Origin: Thermodesulfobacteriota bacterium
GTDB taxonomy: Bacteria; Desulfobacterota_D; UBA1144; Nemesobacterales; UBA2774
Assembly: GCA_965216785.1 (NCBI GenBank)
Contig: OZ244197.1
Span: 2,624,001 to 2,688,000 of the forward strand
DNA: 64,000 nt
Reading direction: 5' to 3'
The notes beneath the pieces were generated by a model, which did no database searches, was not told where the DNA came from, and saw nothing but the letters and a program-made list of their open reading frames with translations. Made by a program: the position numbers and the translations under genes. This document shows, piece by piece, positions 50,679-58,713 of the stretch. How positions within the stretch are numbered: the first letter of the stretch is position 1; the number at the start of each line of letters is the position of its first letter.

Positions 50679-51500
50679 TTATTGACATAATATGTTTATA
50701 TTATTATATGCTTGAAAATACCCCATTTCACCTGCTTTAGATAGGTCTAAACATCCAGATTCTTTTTGACCTAGTAATATTTTAGCAATTCCCCTGTAAT
50801 TATATGCTTGAGCATCATTGGGAGTAAGTTCAATGACTTTGTTATAATCTACTATCGCACCACGATAATCGGCTTGTCGATATTTAAAACTACCCCTGTT
50901 GTAATATGCTTGAGCATCATTGGGAGTAAGTTCAATGACTTTGTTATAGTCAATCAATGCACCTCTATGATCACCCAATACAATCTTAGTATTAGCCCTG
51001 TTACCATATATTTCAGCGATATTCGGGTCTAGCTCTATAGCCTTGTTATAGTCAATCAATGCACCTCTATAATCACCCAGATTGAACTTCGCATTTCCTC
51101 TGAAATAGTATGCCCTTGTGAAAACAGAGTCTAATAGAATAGCCTTGTTAAAGTCTTGTATCGCTCCTCTATAATCATCCAGGCGGATTTTAGCTTCACC
51201 CCTCTGAAGATACCCATCAGGAATACCAGGGTTTAACTCAATAGCCTTATTGTAATCTTTTATAGCACCTCTATAGTCACCCAGCATACTCTTAGCTAAA
51301 CCCCTGCCCCCGTATGCTGAATACGCAACAGGCCCATTAATCTTTGTTAACTCTATAGCTTTATTAAATTGTTCTATGGCACCTGTATAATCACCTTTTT
51401 CAACATTTTCTATTCCAGCATTAAAAAAATCCTTTGCTGTTTGCGCCAGAATTAAGTTTGGAATCATAACAAGTAAAAAAATAAGACCTATTATTTTCAT
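50679..51500 (-). CDS. secreted TPR-repeat protein, paralogue of 49515-50222
   Basis: Signal peptide; about seven TPRs; cap GCLDLSKAGEMG. Confidence 0.9.
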   Translation of the reverse strand: MKIIGLIFLLVMIPNLILAQTAKDFFNAGIENVEKGDYTGAIEQFNKAIELTKINGPVAYSAYGGRGLAKSMLGDYRGAIKDYNKAIELNPGIPDGYLQRGEAKIRLDDYRGAIQDFNKAILLDSVFTRAYYFRGNAKFNLGDYRGALIDYNKAIELDPNIAEIYGNRANTKIVLGDHRGALIDYNKVIELTPNDAQAYYNRGSFKYRQADYRGAIVDYNKVIELTPNDAQAYNYRGIAKILLGQKESGCLDLSKAGEMGYFQAYNNINILCQ

Positions 51501-51581
51501 AGTTACCTAACTTTCCCTAATAATCACAATAAAATAGACCGTATTATTTATCAAGTAGCTTTTTAATCTAAAGCTAATAGC

Positions 51582-52592
51582 CTAGTTTGTCATAAATAAA
51601 AACTTATCTTCATCATAACCAGAAGAATAATATTCAAATTGCTCTCTAATCATTTCAGCCAAGTGATTAAATATCGATTCATCCTGTACAAGTTTTACAA
51701 ATTCTGAGTAGCTAGGCCTTTTATAAAATGTTTTCCTCTTAACAGCTTCCTCTAGTATGTTGTCAAAATGAATACATTTCATTAGCCACTCCATAGTATC
51801 TTTAAGAGCCAGCCATAAGGGAACATTTCTCTCTAGTTCAATAAATAGACTTTTTAGTACCTTCTCCTTTTTACTCAGTTTTATCACATCAGCTCCTACT
51901 CCGAGACTTATATATTTATATAACGTCTTAAAATCACCTCTCACATAAGCTTCAAGCATAAATAGAAGTAGTTCATTAAAGCACGGTTCTATTACATTAG
52001 CCACTCTTTCTAAATGGATTTTAATATCATTACCGCCTTTATTTAACCGTTTCTCTCCCAATATATACTTAGAATTTGTAAAGTTTATTACTGAGAAAAA
52101 TTCAAGGTTATCTGTATATATCACATATAAGAATACGCCCTTACCTGTAGTCCCATTGGCTTCTTTGGCCCTATTTAAATCTAATAAATACTCACTATAG
52201 TCATACTCAACTGGGTTTATATTCAACTCTTTATCTTTCCACACCCCACATCTATCGATATACGAATAATTCTTAGTGCTATTTTCAATATTAAAGTGAT
52301 CGCCAGTCAAATATTTCTTAATGGATTCCCTATGAGCCTTACTGAATTTGTATGGGGTACTATCATCTAAATTATCGATACGTTTTAGCTCCTGTATACC
52401 GTGATGAACACAATATTTCCCCAGTATTAATCTATCTATATCATAGTCGTACCAACCCTTCGGATACCTGATATTAGGTTGTCTATTTATTGTTTTCACT
52501 AAGACATCATAATTGTCATTGTAAATACAACGGGTATAAAGCTGAAAGTTGTTAAACATCTCCGGATTTCTTAGATTAGCTGTTTCTGTCAT
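51582..52592 (-). CDS. hypothetical protein (336 aa)
   Basis: Long ORF in AT-rich DNA, GGGAG RBS, no motif recognised. Confidence 0.75.
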   Translation of the reverse strand: MTETANLRNPEMFNNFQLYTRCIYNDNYDVLVKTINRQPNIRYPKGWYDYDIDRLILGKYCVHHGIQELKRIDNLDDSTPYKFSKAHRESIKKYLTGDHFNIENSTKNYSYIDRCGVWKDKELNINPVEYDYSEYLLDLNRAKEANGTTGKGVFLYVIYTDNLEFFSVINFTNSKYILGEKRLNKGGNDIKIHLERVANVIEPCFNELLLFMLEAYVRGDFKTLYKYISLGVGADVIKLSKKEKVLKSLFIELERNVPLWLALKDTMEWLMKCIHFDNILEEAVKRKTFYKRPSYSEFVKLVQDESIFNHLAEMIREQFEYYSSGYDEDKFLFMTN

Positions 52593-52723
52593 TTTTATCT
52601 CCCTTCTTAAAACTTATTTGCCTTATATATTTTCATGTAGTGTTGATAGAATTAGAATTCGTATAATGCTGGAGCTATACCTATCTATCAACTGTCTATT
52701 TTATTTCTAGAAGCACGGTAGCA

Positions 52724-52990
52724 CTACATTAGATCACGCTCAGAATGGATTTTAATCATTCGTTCACGGGCTAATTCTCTCTGTTTAGTTGATACCTTCT
52801 TTGGAGGGCTAATTTTAACCCAGTTCTTAGGTACTATGTAAACCTCATAATCGGCCTGCTTATGACTCGGCTCCACGCCTAATTTCTTCATTCTGGTTTT
52901 AACCCGTCTTTGTCTGGTAGTTATGCTTGCGGTATCTTCTGCATCGTTAAAATTAATAACTGTCTCGGTTTCTAGTTTAGTTAGACTCAT
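52724..52990 (-). CDS. small basic hypothetical protein of mobile-element type
   Basis: GAGGA RBS; ETVINFN.AE.TA...VPK.WVKI.PP.K.S..QRE pattern recalled from phage/ICE hypotheticals. Confidence 0.75.
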   Translation of the reverse strand: MSLTKLETETVINFNDAEDTASITTRQRRVKTRMKKLGVEPSHKQADYEVYIVPKNWVKISPPKKVSTKQRELARERMIKIHSERDLM

Positions 52991-53014
52991 TATCCTCTAC
53001 ATTCCTCCTATATC

Positions 53015-53311
53015 TTATTCTTTATTTAGCGGTGGTACTAAGTAATAATCTGGATCTCTATGACCCTCGCGTCGGTTATCATTGGCAAACATCATATAAT
53101 TGACATTCCCGTCTTCTGTTGTCTCCGCATAATCAATGACCTTTTGTAAATCTTCCTTTGTCATACTGACGGAGAAGTATGGCATATCGTATCCATCTCT
53201 AGCGTATAACCAGGCCGCACCCCAGGTTATAAACTCCTTCTTATCATCTTTAACATGTTTCACCTCTTCCTTAGCCGATATCCGAAAAAATGACCTTTTT
53301 TTCTTAGACAT
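53015..53311 (-). CDS. small hypothetical protein, DUF736-like
   Basis: GAGGA RBS; GAAW, PYFSV, F.ND....H.DPDY motifs. ORF likely real, family call tentative. Confidence 0.6.
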   Translation of the reverse strand: MSKKKRSFFRISAKEEVKHVKDDKKEFITWGAAWLYARDGYDMPYFSVSMTKEDLQKVIDYAETTEDGNVNYMMFANDNRREGHRDPDYYLVPPLNKE

Positions 53312-53481
53312 ATCCTATTCCTCGCTTGTTTATTTTATTCAGTATATGACATATTCAACTACTTTATATCACCTACTGAACAATATTATTCATAATTAGT
53401 AGTCGTAGAATTTAGATGGTATTAATCCAGGATACTTTAAACCAAATTTGATTGATATTATCACCCATCCATCTAATTCAA

Positions 53482-53526
53482 CACAACAAAATGTGTTATA
53501 AATACATAGAACCACAATATGTTGTG
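53482..53526. promoter_or_regulatory. tandem NrdR-box-like operators overlapping a leftward promoter
   Basis: CACAACAAAATGTG (53482) and CACAATATGTTGTG (53513), 31 bp apart; TTGACA on minus strand at 53529-53534. Confidence 0.55.
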
Positions 53527-53759
53527 TTTGTCAAGTATTTTTCACAAATTGTGGTAGATTAGTGTAAATATCTAATGCAATGTCTGAACATATGAAAACA
53601 ATTGAAGATTAAGTGAAAATAATATGCTCAATAAGGGAAAAGGCTATTAAGTCAATATAACCCGCGGCTAGTTATTAACTTTATTAAACACGTCTACCCC
53701 CTATATATAATTAATATATATACACGGTTAATATATGGGTATTCATGATTTAACTGTAA

Positions 53760-54070
53760 GCTTAATGTTTAATAATAACTGCACGTTTATTAAACGTAAG
53801 TATTTAACCTTTACTAATGAAAAGAAAAACATATGTTTAATAAACATACGTACTAACAAGTACCTACATGTATCTAATAGTTAATACATACGAACTAATA
53901 GTTAATGCGTATGTATTAACTGGTAATACATATGATAAACTAGTAGAATAAGTGGTAAACCAGTAGAACTTATGGTAATCAATTGGTAGTATTCTTTTCA
54001 TTTAGTAAAAACTGGTATATATGTTAATACATGTGTTATGTAGTAACCAATGGTTATGTATTAACTAGTT
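53760..54070. repeat. nested inverted-repeat cluster in non-coding AT-rich DNA
   Basis: AGTTAATACATACG/CGTATGTATTAACT (53879-53921); GTTAATACAT/ATGTATTAAC (54023-54065); TTTACTAATGAAAAGAA/TTCTTTTCATTTAGTAAA (53810-54009). Confidence 0.75.
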
Positions 54071-54678
54071 ATTAGGCCCGGATTAATCATTACTGGATTA
54101 AATAAAGCTTATTGACCTTTAAACAAATATAATTTACTAGACCCTGATTACCATTTAACTATTTAGCATCCATGTACCCTTATCAACTCATGATTAATCG
54201 TTGAAAAATCCGCATAATAGACATTCTGTGCATAATATTGGGAATTAATTATCATATATTTATAGATGGTTACAATACACACTTAAAGTAATAATCTCTT
54301 GCTTACTATGTGGAATTTAGTAGATTATGATAATTGTATATTAATACCGGATAACTATTCCCCCAATACTTGTATATGTTATATATAAAGTATATAGTAT
54401 ACTAATCCACGGGCTGGTGGTAGAGTAGCTGGGATGGATAATTTACCCTTTATGGCGGGCTAATCTATTATGAGCATTTGATAAATGTGGATTAGTATTT
54501 AATAGAAAACAATGTTCTTAGACATTAGATGACAATCTACTAACATAAACCAATAATGACCTATTCCCTTATGATTTATATTCAATCATCTCTTTATCCA
54601 GCCTTAGACTAGCTGTACAATTGTTTATGAATATTGTACAATGCTTGTCAATTATTGATTCTAAAGGAGAATGGATAA

Positions 54679-55950
54679 ATGAATAGACTTAAATTATTCT
54701 TACCTATAGTAGCTTTAATATTTATTTTTGCGCTGCATCAACAACCTGCAAACGCCGAAGATATAACTCCTGTAATCAGGCAATTAACAAACTTCGATAG
54801 TGACGTTCTCCCAGGCAGAAGACCTGTAAGCCAGGACGGGTCGTTGATAGCGGCAAGTAGCGGTGAAAATATTAACGGCGGTAACCCGGATGAGAACGGT
54901 GAGATATATTTATTTCACGTACCTGTTTTATCTATCCGTAATATTGATCAAATAACCAATACCTCTAACTGTTTCAACTTCGATCCCACTATAAGCGGCG
55001 ACGGAAACATAATAGCTTTTATTTCAGACTGTGATATTACGGGACAAAACCAGAATAACCTTCAGCAGGGCTTCTTCTTTAATAGGCTAAGCGGTCAGTT
55101 CACCCAGTTCACGAATAATACGAATGGAAATGTTTCAATAATTGTGATAAGCAAAGACGGCTCGACTATCGCAATCAGATCAACCATGAACATAAACGGC
55201 GGTAATCCGGATTTCAGCGATGAGATTTTCACCTTTAACATTAATAGCGGGACGCTAACGCAGATTACTATGTCTAATACTGACAGTACTGATCCGGATA
55301 TAAACGCCGACGGGTCTGTTATAATTATGAGATCGCGGGCCAACTTCACGGGACAGAACCCGACAAACCGAAACCAGGTTTTTAGATACGACGGAAATTT
55401 CCAACAAATCACAAACATTACCACGGGAACTACAACTCTCCCATCGGTAAACGACGACGGGTCAATTATATCGTATGGCTCAAACGGGGACGTTCTTTTA
55501 CCAAACCCTGGATTTATTCATCGGATTTACTTGTACGACAACAATACAGGTACGACCACGCAAATAACCAATAACAATACCGGGAGCTCTAATATCCCAA
55601 CCCTTAGCGGTGACGGCAAGAGGCTGTTATTCAAATCGAACGGTGATGTATTGGGACCCGGTAACGGCTTTGATCAGCTTTTCTTATATGAGATGGGCGT
55701 AATTACTCAGCTCACGAATTTTACCGGCGCTGAAGTTGATAATATATTTCAGCCTAGTATAAGCTGTGACGGAGAGTCTTTTGTTTTCGGTGGGAACGTA
55801 CCAGATAGTAGAATTCAGCTTTTCAAGGGGCTATTCGAGGTTCCGGTGAGGCCTATTCCTACCCTTTCAGAGTGGGGTCTAGTAGCTATGGCTGGAGTAT
55901 TGGGAATCGTAGGTCTACTAGCTATTCGCAGAAGAAAAGCACGGATTTAG
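54679..55950 (+). CDS. IPTL-CTERM sorted surface protein with TolB/PD40-like beta-propeller repeats
   Basis: Signal peptide; repeats QITN....P.IS.DG..I.F.S; tail VRPIPTLSEWGLVAMAGVLGIVGLLAIRRRK. Confidence 0.92.
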   Translation: MNRLKLFLPIVALIFIFALHQQPANAEDITPVIRQLTNFDSDVLPGRRPVSQDGSLIAASSGENINGGNPDENGEIYLFHVPVLSIRNIDQITNTSNCFNFDPTISGDGNIIAFISDCDITGQNQNNLQQGFFFNRLSGQFTQFTNNTNGNVSIIVISKDGSTIAIRSTMNINGGNPDFSDEIFTFNINSGTLTQITMSNTDSTDPDINADGSVIIMRSRANFTGQNPTNRNQVFRYDGNFQQITNITTGTTTLPSVNDDGSIISYGSNGDVLLPNPGFIHRIYLYDNNTGTTTQITNNNTGSSNIPTLSGDGKRLLFKSNGDVLGPGNGFDQLFLYEMGVITQLTNFTGAEVDNIFQPSISCDGESFVFGGNVPDSRIQLFKGLFEVPVRPIPTLSEWGLVAMAGVLGIVGLLAIRRRKARI

Positions 55951-56009
55951 TAATTCATAATTCCCCCTTATCTATCCTCCTCCTGCAGGCAATTAGGGGG
56001 GAAGCTGGT

Positions 56010-56035
56010 ATGAGGGGAGTTTTGGCTCCCCTCAT
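56010..56035 (+). terminator. stem-loop after IPTL gene 1
   Basis: ATGAGGGGAG-TTTTGG-CTCCCCTCAT; U-tract weak. Confidence 0.55.
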
Positions 56036-56091
56036 TAAAATCCATCTGTCGACCTATAGCTGGGCCTAATCAACTGATGAGATATATAGCG

Positions 56092-56323
56092 CTATTCTAC
56101 TATTGAACCCCCAGTAACAACATGATAAATTAGATACTTACGCAGGAGGCATATGCATTAAAAGTGTCTAACCATTATCTAACCATTCAATCGTATTTAG
56201 TTAATGTGAGGTCTTATGCTAGATAATTTATCAAGTGTTAACAGCTCATTAGCTGACCAAATATTAGCTAATATCTCACTCGTAATGAGCAGGTCATCGG
56301 TTCAATTCCGATCGTCGGCTCCA
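56092..56323 (+). repeat. 232-bp right-end repeat copy 1 (arm plus 49-bp att core)
   Basis: Matches 58375-58606 with one visible mismatch (ACAGCTCATT vs ACAGCTCCTT). Confidence 0.95.
56103..56131 (+). promoter_or_regulatory. outward-facing sigma70-type promoter in the right arm (second copy 58386-58414)
   Basis: TTGAAC-17 bp-TAAATT with extended -10 TGn. Confidence 0.6.
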
Positions 56324-56563
56324 GTAAATACTAGGACTTTCTCCGACTCACGGCGAGAACATCTAGGGCTTTCTACCCATTGTCTACCAACTAGAACCTC
56401 TTGCTTTAGATGACAACCTACTATTATTAACTAATAATTGCCCATTCCCTTTTGATTTGTATAGTCAGTTATCCCTTTATCCAGCCTTTGACTAGTGTTT
56501 ACATTGACCTACACATGTAGTAGAATAGCTACAATATTTTTGTTTAAAGGAGGATATTAAACA

Positions 56564-57322
56564 ATGTTTACAACCAACAGACTTTATTTATCAGTGTTAT
56601 TAATAGCTGTGTTAGCAGTAGTTCCAATATGGTCAGCTAGTGCACAGGATCCGGATCAAGTAGACAGTGTTGACCCATTATTTATCGATCATTTAAACCT
56701 AATCAGTGAAATGACAGTTCCAAATGTGCTCATTGAGTTTGACGACATGCCGCAGGGACCCACAACAATCGAAGATATACTGAACACATTCCCCGATTCA
56801 TGTCTTGGGAATATCACTATCACATCCAAACAGCCACCCTTTGTAGGATCGTCTGGTATATATAATTCTAACACAGGCGGTGGTAGAGCGCTTGCCTTAA
56901 ATCCCGATAATTCAGGTGGTTTATATCTTGTAGATCCGGGGGGGCTTTTTCGCCCGAATGATGACATAGTTATCGATTTGATTGTGCCTGTTAGACAGAT
57001 AGGAATTGAATTAGGCGACGTGTCTGGGACAATGAGTGCTGAGTTTTTTAACGGCGCCGTGTCTCTTGGAACTATTGGCTTACCTATAAGCTCAGTTGAC
57101 AGGACCAATACAATAGAAAGTGATATTGCATTCAATCGCGTTGTAATATCTTCACCATTTGCACCTGATCTTATTGATTTTGTAATGCCCTCTGTCAGAG
57201 TACAGTTGTGTAATTTCGTAAGACCTATACCGACGCTTTCCGAATGGGGTCTAATAGCTATGGCAGGAGTATTAGGAATAATCGCTATTTTGGCTATCCG
57301 CAGAAGAAAGGCAGCTGCCTAA
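56564..57322 (+). CDS. IPTL-CTERM sorted surface protein, unknown beta-rich passenger
   Basis: AAGGAGG RBS, signal peptide ending ASA, tail VRPIPTLSEWGLIAMAGVLGIIAILAIRRRK. Confidence 0.92.
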   Translation: MFTTNRLYLSVLLIAVLAVVPIWSASAQDPDQVDSVDPLFIDHLNLISEMTVPNVLIEFDDMPQGPTTIEDILNTFPDSCLGNITITSKQPPFVGSSGIYNSNTGGGRALALNPDNSGGLYLVDPGGLFRPNDDIVIDLIVPVRQIGIELGDVSGTMSAEFFNGAVSLGTIGLPISSVDRTNTIESDIAFNRVVISSPFAPDLIDFVMPSVRVQLCNFVRPIPTLSEWGLIAMAGVLGIIAILAIRRRKAAA

Positions 57323-57356
57323 TCGGCAACCAACTTATACAATACAATTTAACTTT

Positions 57357-57383
57357 AAAAAGGGGAGCTTCGGCTCCCTTTTT
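57357..57383. terminator. intrinsic terminator, probably bidirectional
   Basis: AAAAAG-GGGAGC-TTCG-GCTCCC-TTTTT. Confidence 0.88.
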
Positions 57384-57539
57384 AGTTTGGTTTTAATATC
57401 TATAAATCCAACTTAAATCCTTGTTGACATATGGGGTGCTAGACAATTATTGTAATATATTAATATTGTGTTGGTACACATTGGTTACAACTTAAATTTG
57501 ATTGTGCATGAATAAGTAATACTTACATAAGAAGGAGCT

Positions 57540-58265
57540 ATGATTATGAGCAATCAATCAATGGTTATTGGAAATGAATCTGCAAACTGTAGAAAATCTA
57601 ACTGGTGTAGAATCACTACAATTTTATCCATTTTATTACTAGGTATGTATATCGCATCACAGACTGTATTGGCAGCAAACCCGACGGATCCAGAGTGGGT
57701 ACTGAAAGCCAACTACGTAGATGCTTGCAGTTGCGACGTGGCATGCCCCTGTATCTTCGGTCAGCCATCAACTCACGGTTATTGTAAGGGTGCAACATTG
57801 GTGGAGATCACAGAAGGATATTATGGCAAGGTCGACCTAACTGGTGTGAGTGTTCTGGCTGTGTACAACAGTGGCAAATGGATTAAATTTTTTGTTAGTG
57901 AGAATGCAACCAAAGAACAGACAGATGCAGTAGTTGAATTCCTCCCGGTCGCTGAAGGTTTCTTTAAAGCTCCTATCCGCGAAGTAAAGAACCAGCCAAT
58001 ATCAGTATTACGTACAAGTGACAAAGTGAAAATTTCTACTGAAGAGACTCTAATCGAGTTAGAGCAGATACAGAATGCCAACGGAGACCCAATCAAGGTA
58101 CTAGGATTACCTGCTCATGGATTCCCGGGCTTGCCCTATCTTGACCATACACAATATAAAACAGTAACATTGGTACATGATAGTGAAAAGGAAAAATTCA
58201 ATTTTTCTGAGACCAATGGGTACACAGCAAGGATAGATGCTTCTAGCGATTCGAAAGAGCAATAA
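57540..58265 (+). CDS. DUF1326-like secreted metal-binding protein
   Basis: W.LKANYVDACSCDVACPCIFG..STHGYC, I.EG.YGKVDLTG. Confidence 0.82.
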   Translation: MIMSNQSMVIGNESANCRKSNWCRITTILSILLLGMYIASQTVLAANPTDPEWVLKANYVDACSCDVACPCIFGQPSTHGYCKGATLVEITEGYYGKVDLTGVSVLAVYNSGKWIKFFVSENATKEQTDAVVEFLPVAEGFFKAPIREVKNQPISVLRTSDKVKISTEETLIELEQIQNANGDPIKVLGLPAHGFPGLPYLDHTQYKTVTLVHDSEKEKFNFSETNGYTARIDASSDSKEQ

Positions 58266-58374
58266 CTAAAGATCTAAATTACGTGTTTCTACCAAACTAT
58301 TAGATCCAGTCGACTCAAACATCCATTTCTCAACCCTTATACAGGCCTAACCAATTTAGTAAGAGTTACTACCC

Positions 58375-58606
58375 CTATTCTACTATTGAACCCCCAGTAA
58401 CAACATGATAAATTAGATACTTACGCAGGAGGCATATGCATTAAAAGTGTCTAACCATTATCTAACCATTCAATCGTATTTAGTTAATGTGAGGTCTTAT
58501 GCTAGATAATTTATCAAGTGTTAACAGCTCCTTAGCTGACCAAATATTAGCTAATATCTCACTCGTAATGAGCAGGTCATCGGTTCAATTCCGATCGTCG
58601 GCTCCA
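58375..58606 (+). repeat. 232-bp right-end repeat copy 2 (arm plus 49-bp att core)
   Basis: Direct repeat of 56092-56323. Confidence 0.95.
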
Positions 58607-58713
58607 TTGTTTATAGTAAGTTACACCACATTTAGATACTGGCTCACGGATATTATCTACCCAACTCACTGTTATTCATGCCTACTGAGAATCTTACACG
58701 GGAGGCAAAACTA

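Larger units (their letters stand above)
48293..56323 (+). mobile_element. integrative element, module 1, bounded by 49-bp direct repeats of the tRNA-Thr 3' end
   Basis: 48293-48341 identical to 56275-56323; integrase next to the tRNA; abrupt shift to AT-rich sequence. Confidence 0.92.
56275..58606 (+). mobile_element. integrase-less cassette, module 2 (2283-bp unit) between att copies 2 and 3
   Basis: Flanked by identical 49-bp tRNA-Thr 3' repeats; holds only an IPTL-CTERM gene and a DUF1326-like gene. Confidence 0.85.

Noticed and set aside
49515-51500. Diversity-generating retroelement acting on the TPR genes
   Set aside because: No reverse transcriptase and no TR/VR pair with adenine-specific differences; repeats follow the 102-bp TPR period.
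53760-54070. CRISPR array
   Set aside because: Repeats are mostly inverted and irregular, with no constant repeat-spacer period and no cas genes.
54413-54420. E. coli Chi octamer GCTGGTGG
   Set aside because: A single occurrence is compatible with chance, and Chi sequences are lineage-specific.
56275-56323. Extra tRNA-Thr genes (also 58558-58606)
   Set aside because: Only the 3' 49 nt are present; the 5' acceptor strand and D-arm are missing, so these are att cores.
48293-56323. Prophage, PICI or conjugative ICE
   Set aside because: No recognisable capsid, terminase, primase, relaxase or T4SS genes.
56216-56413. Duplicated ORFs MLDNLSSVNSSLADQ... (also 58499-58714)
   Set aside because: They read through the att arm and tRNA fragment and diverge exactly where the repeat ends; a by-product of the duplication.
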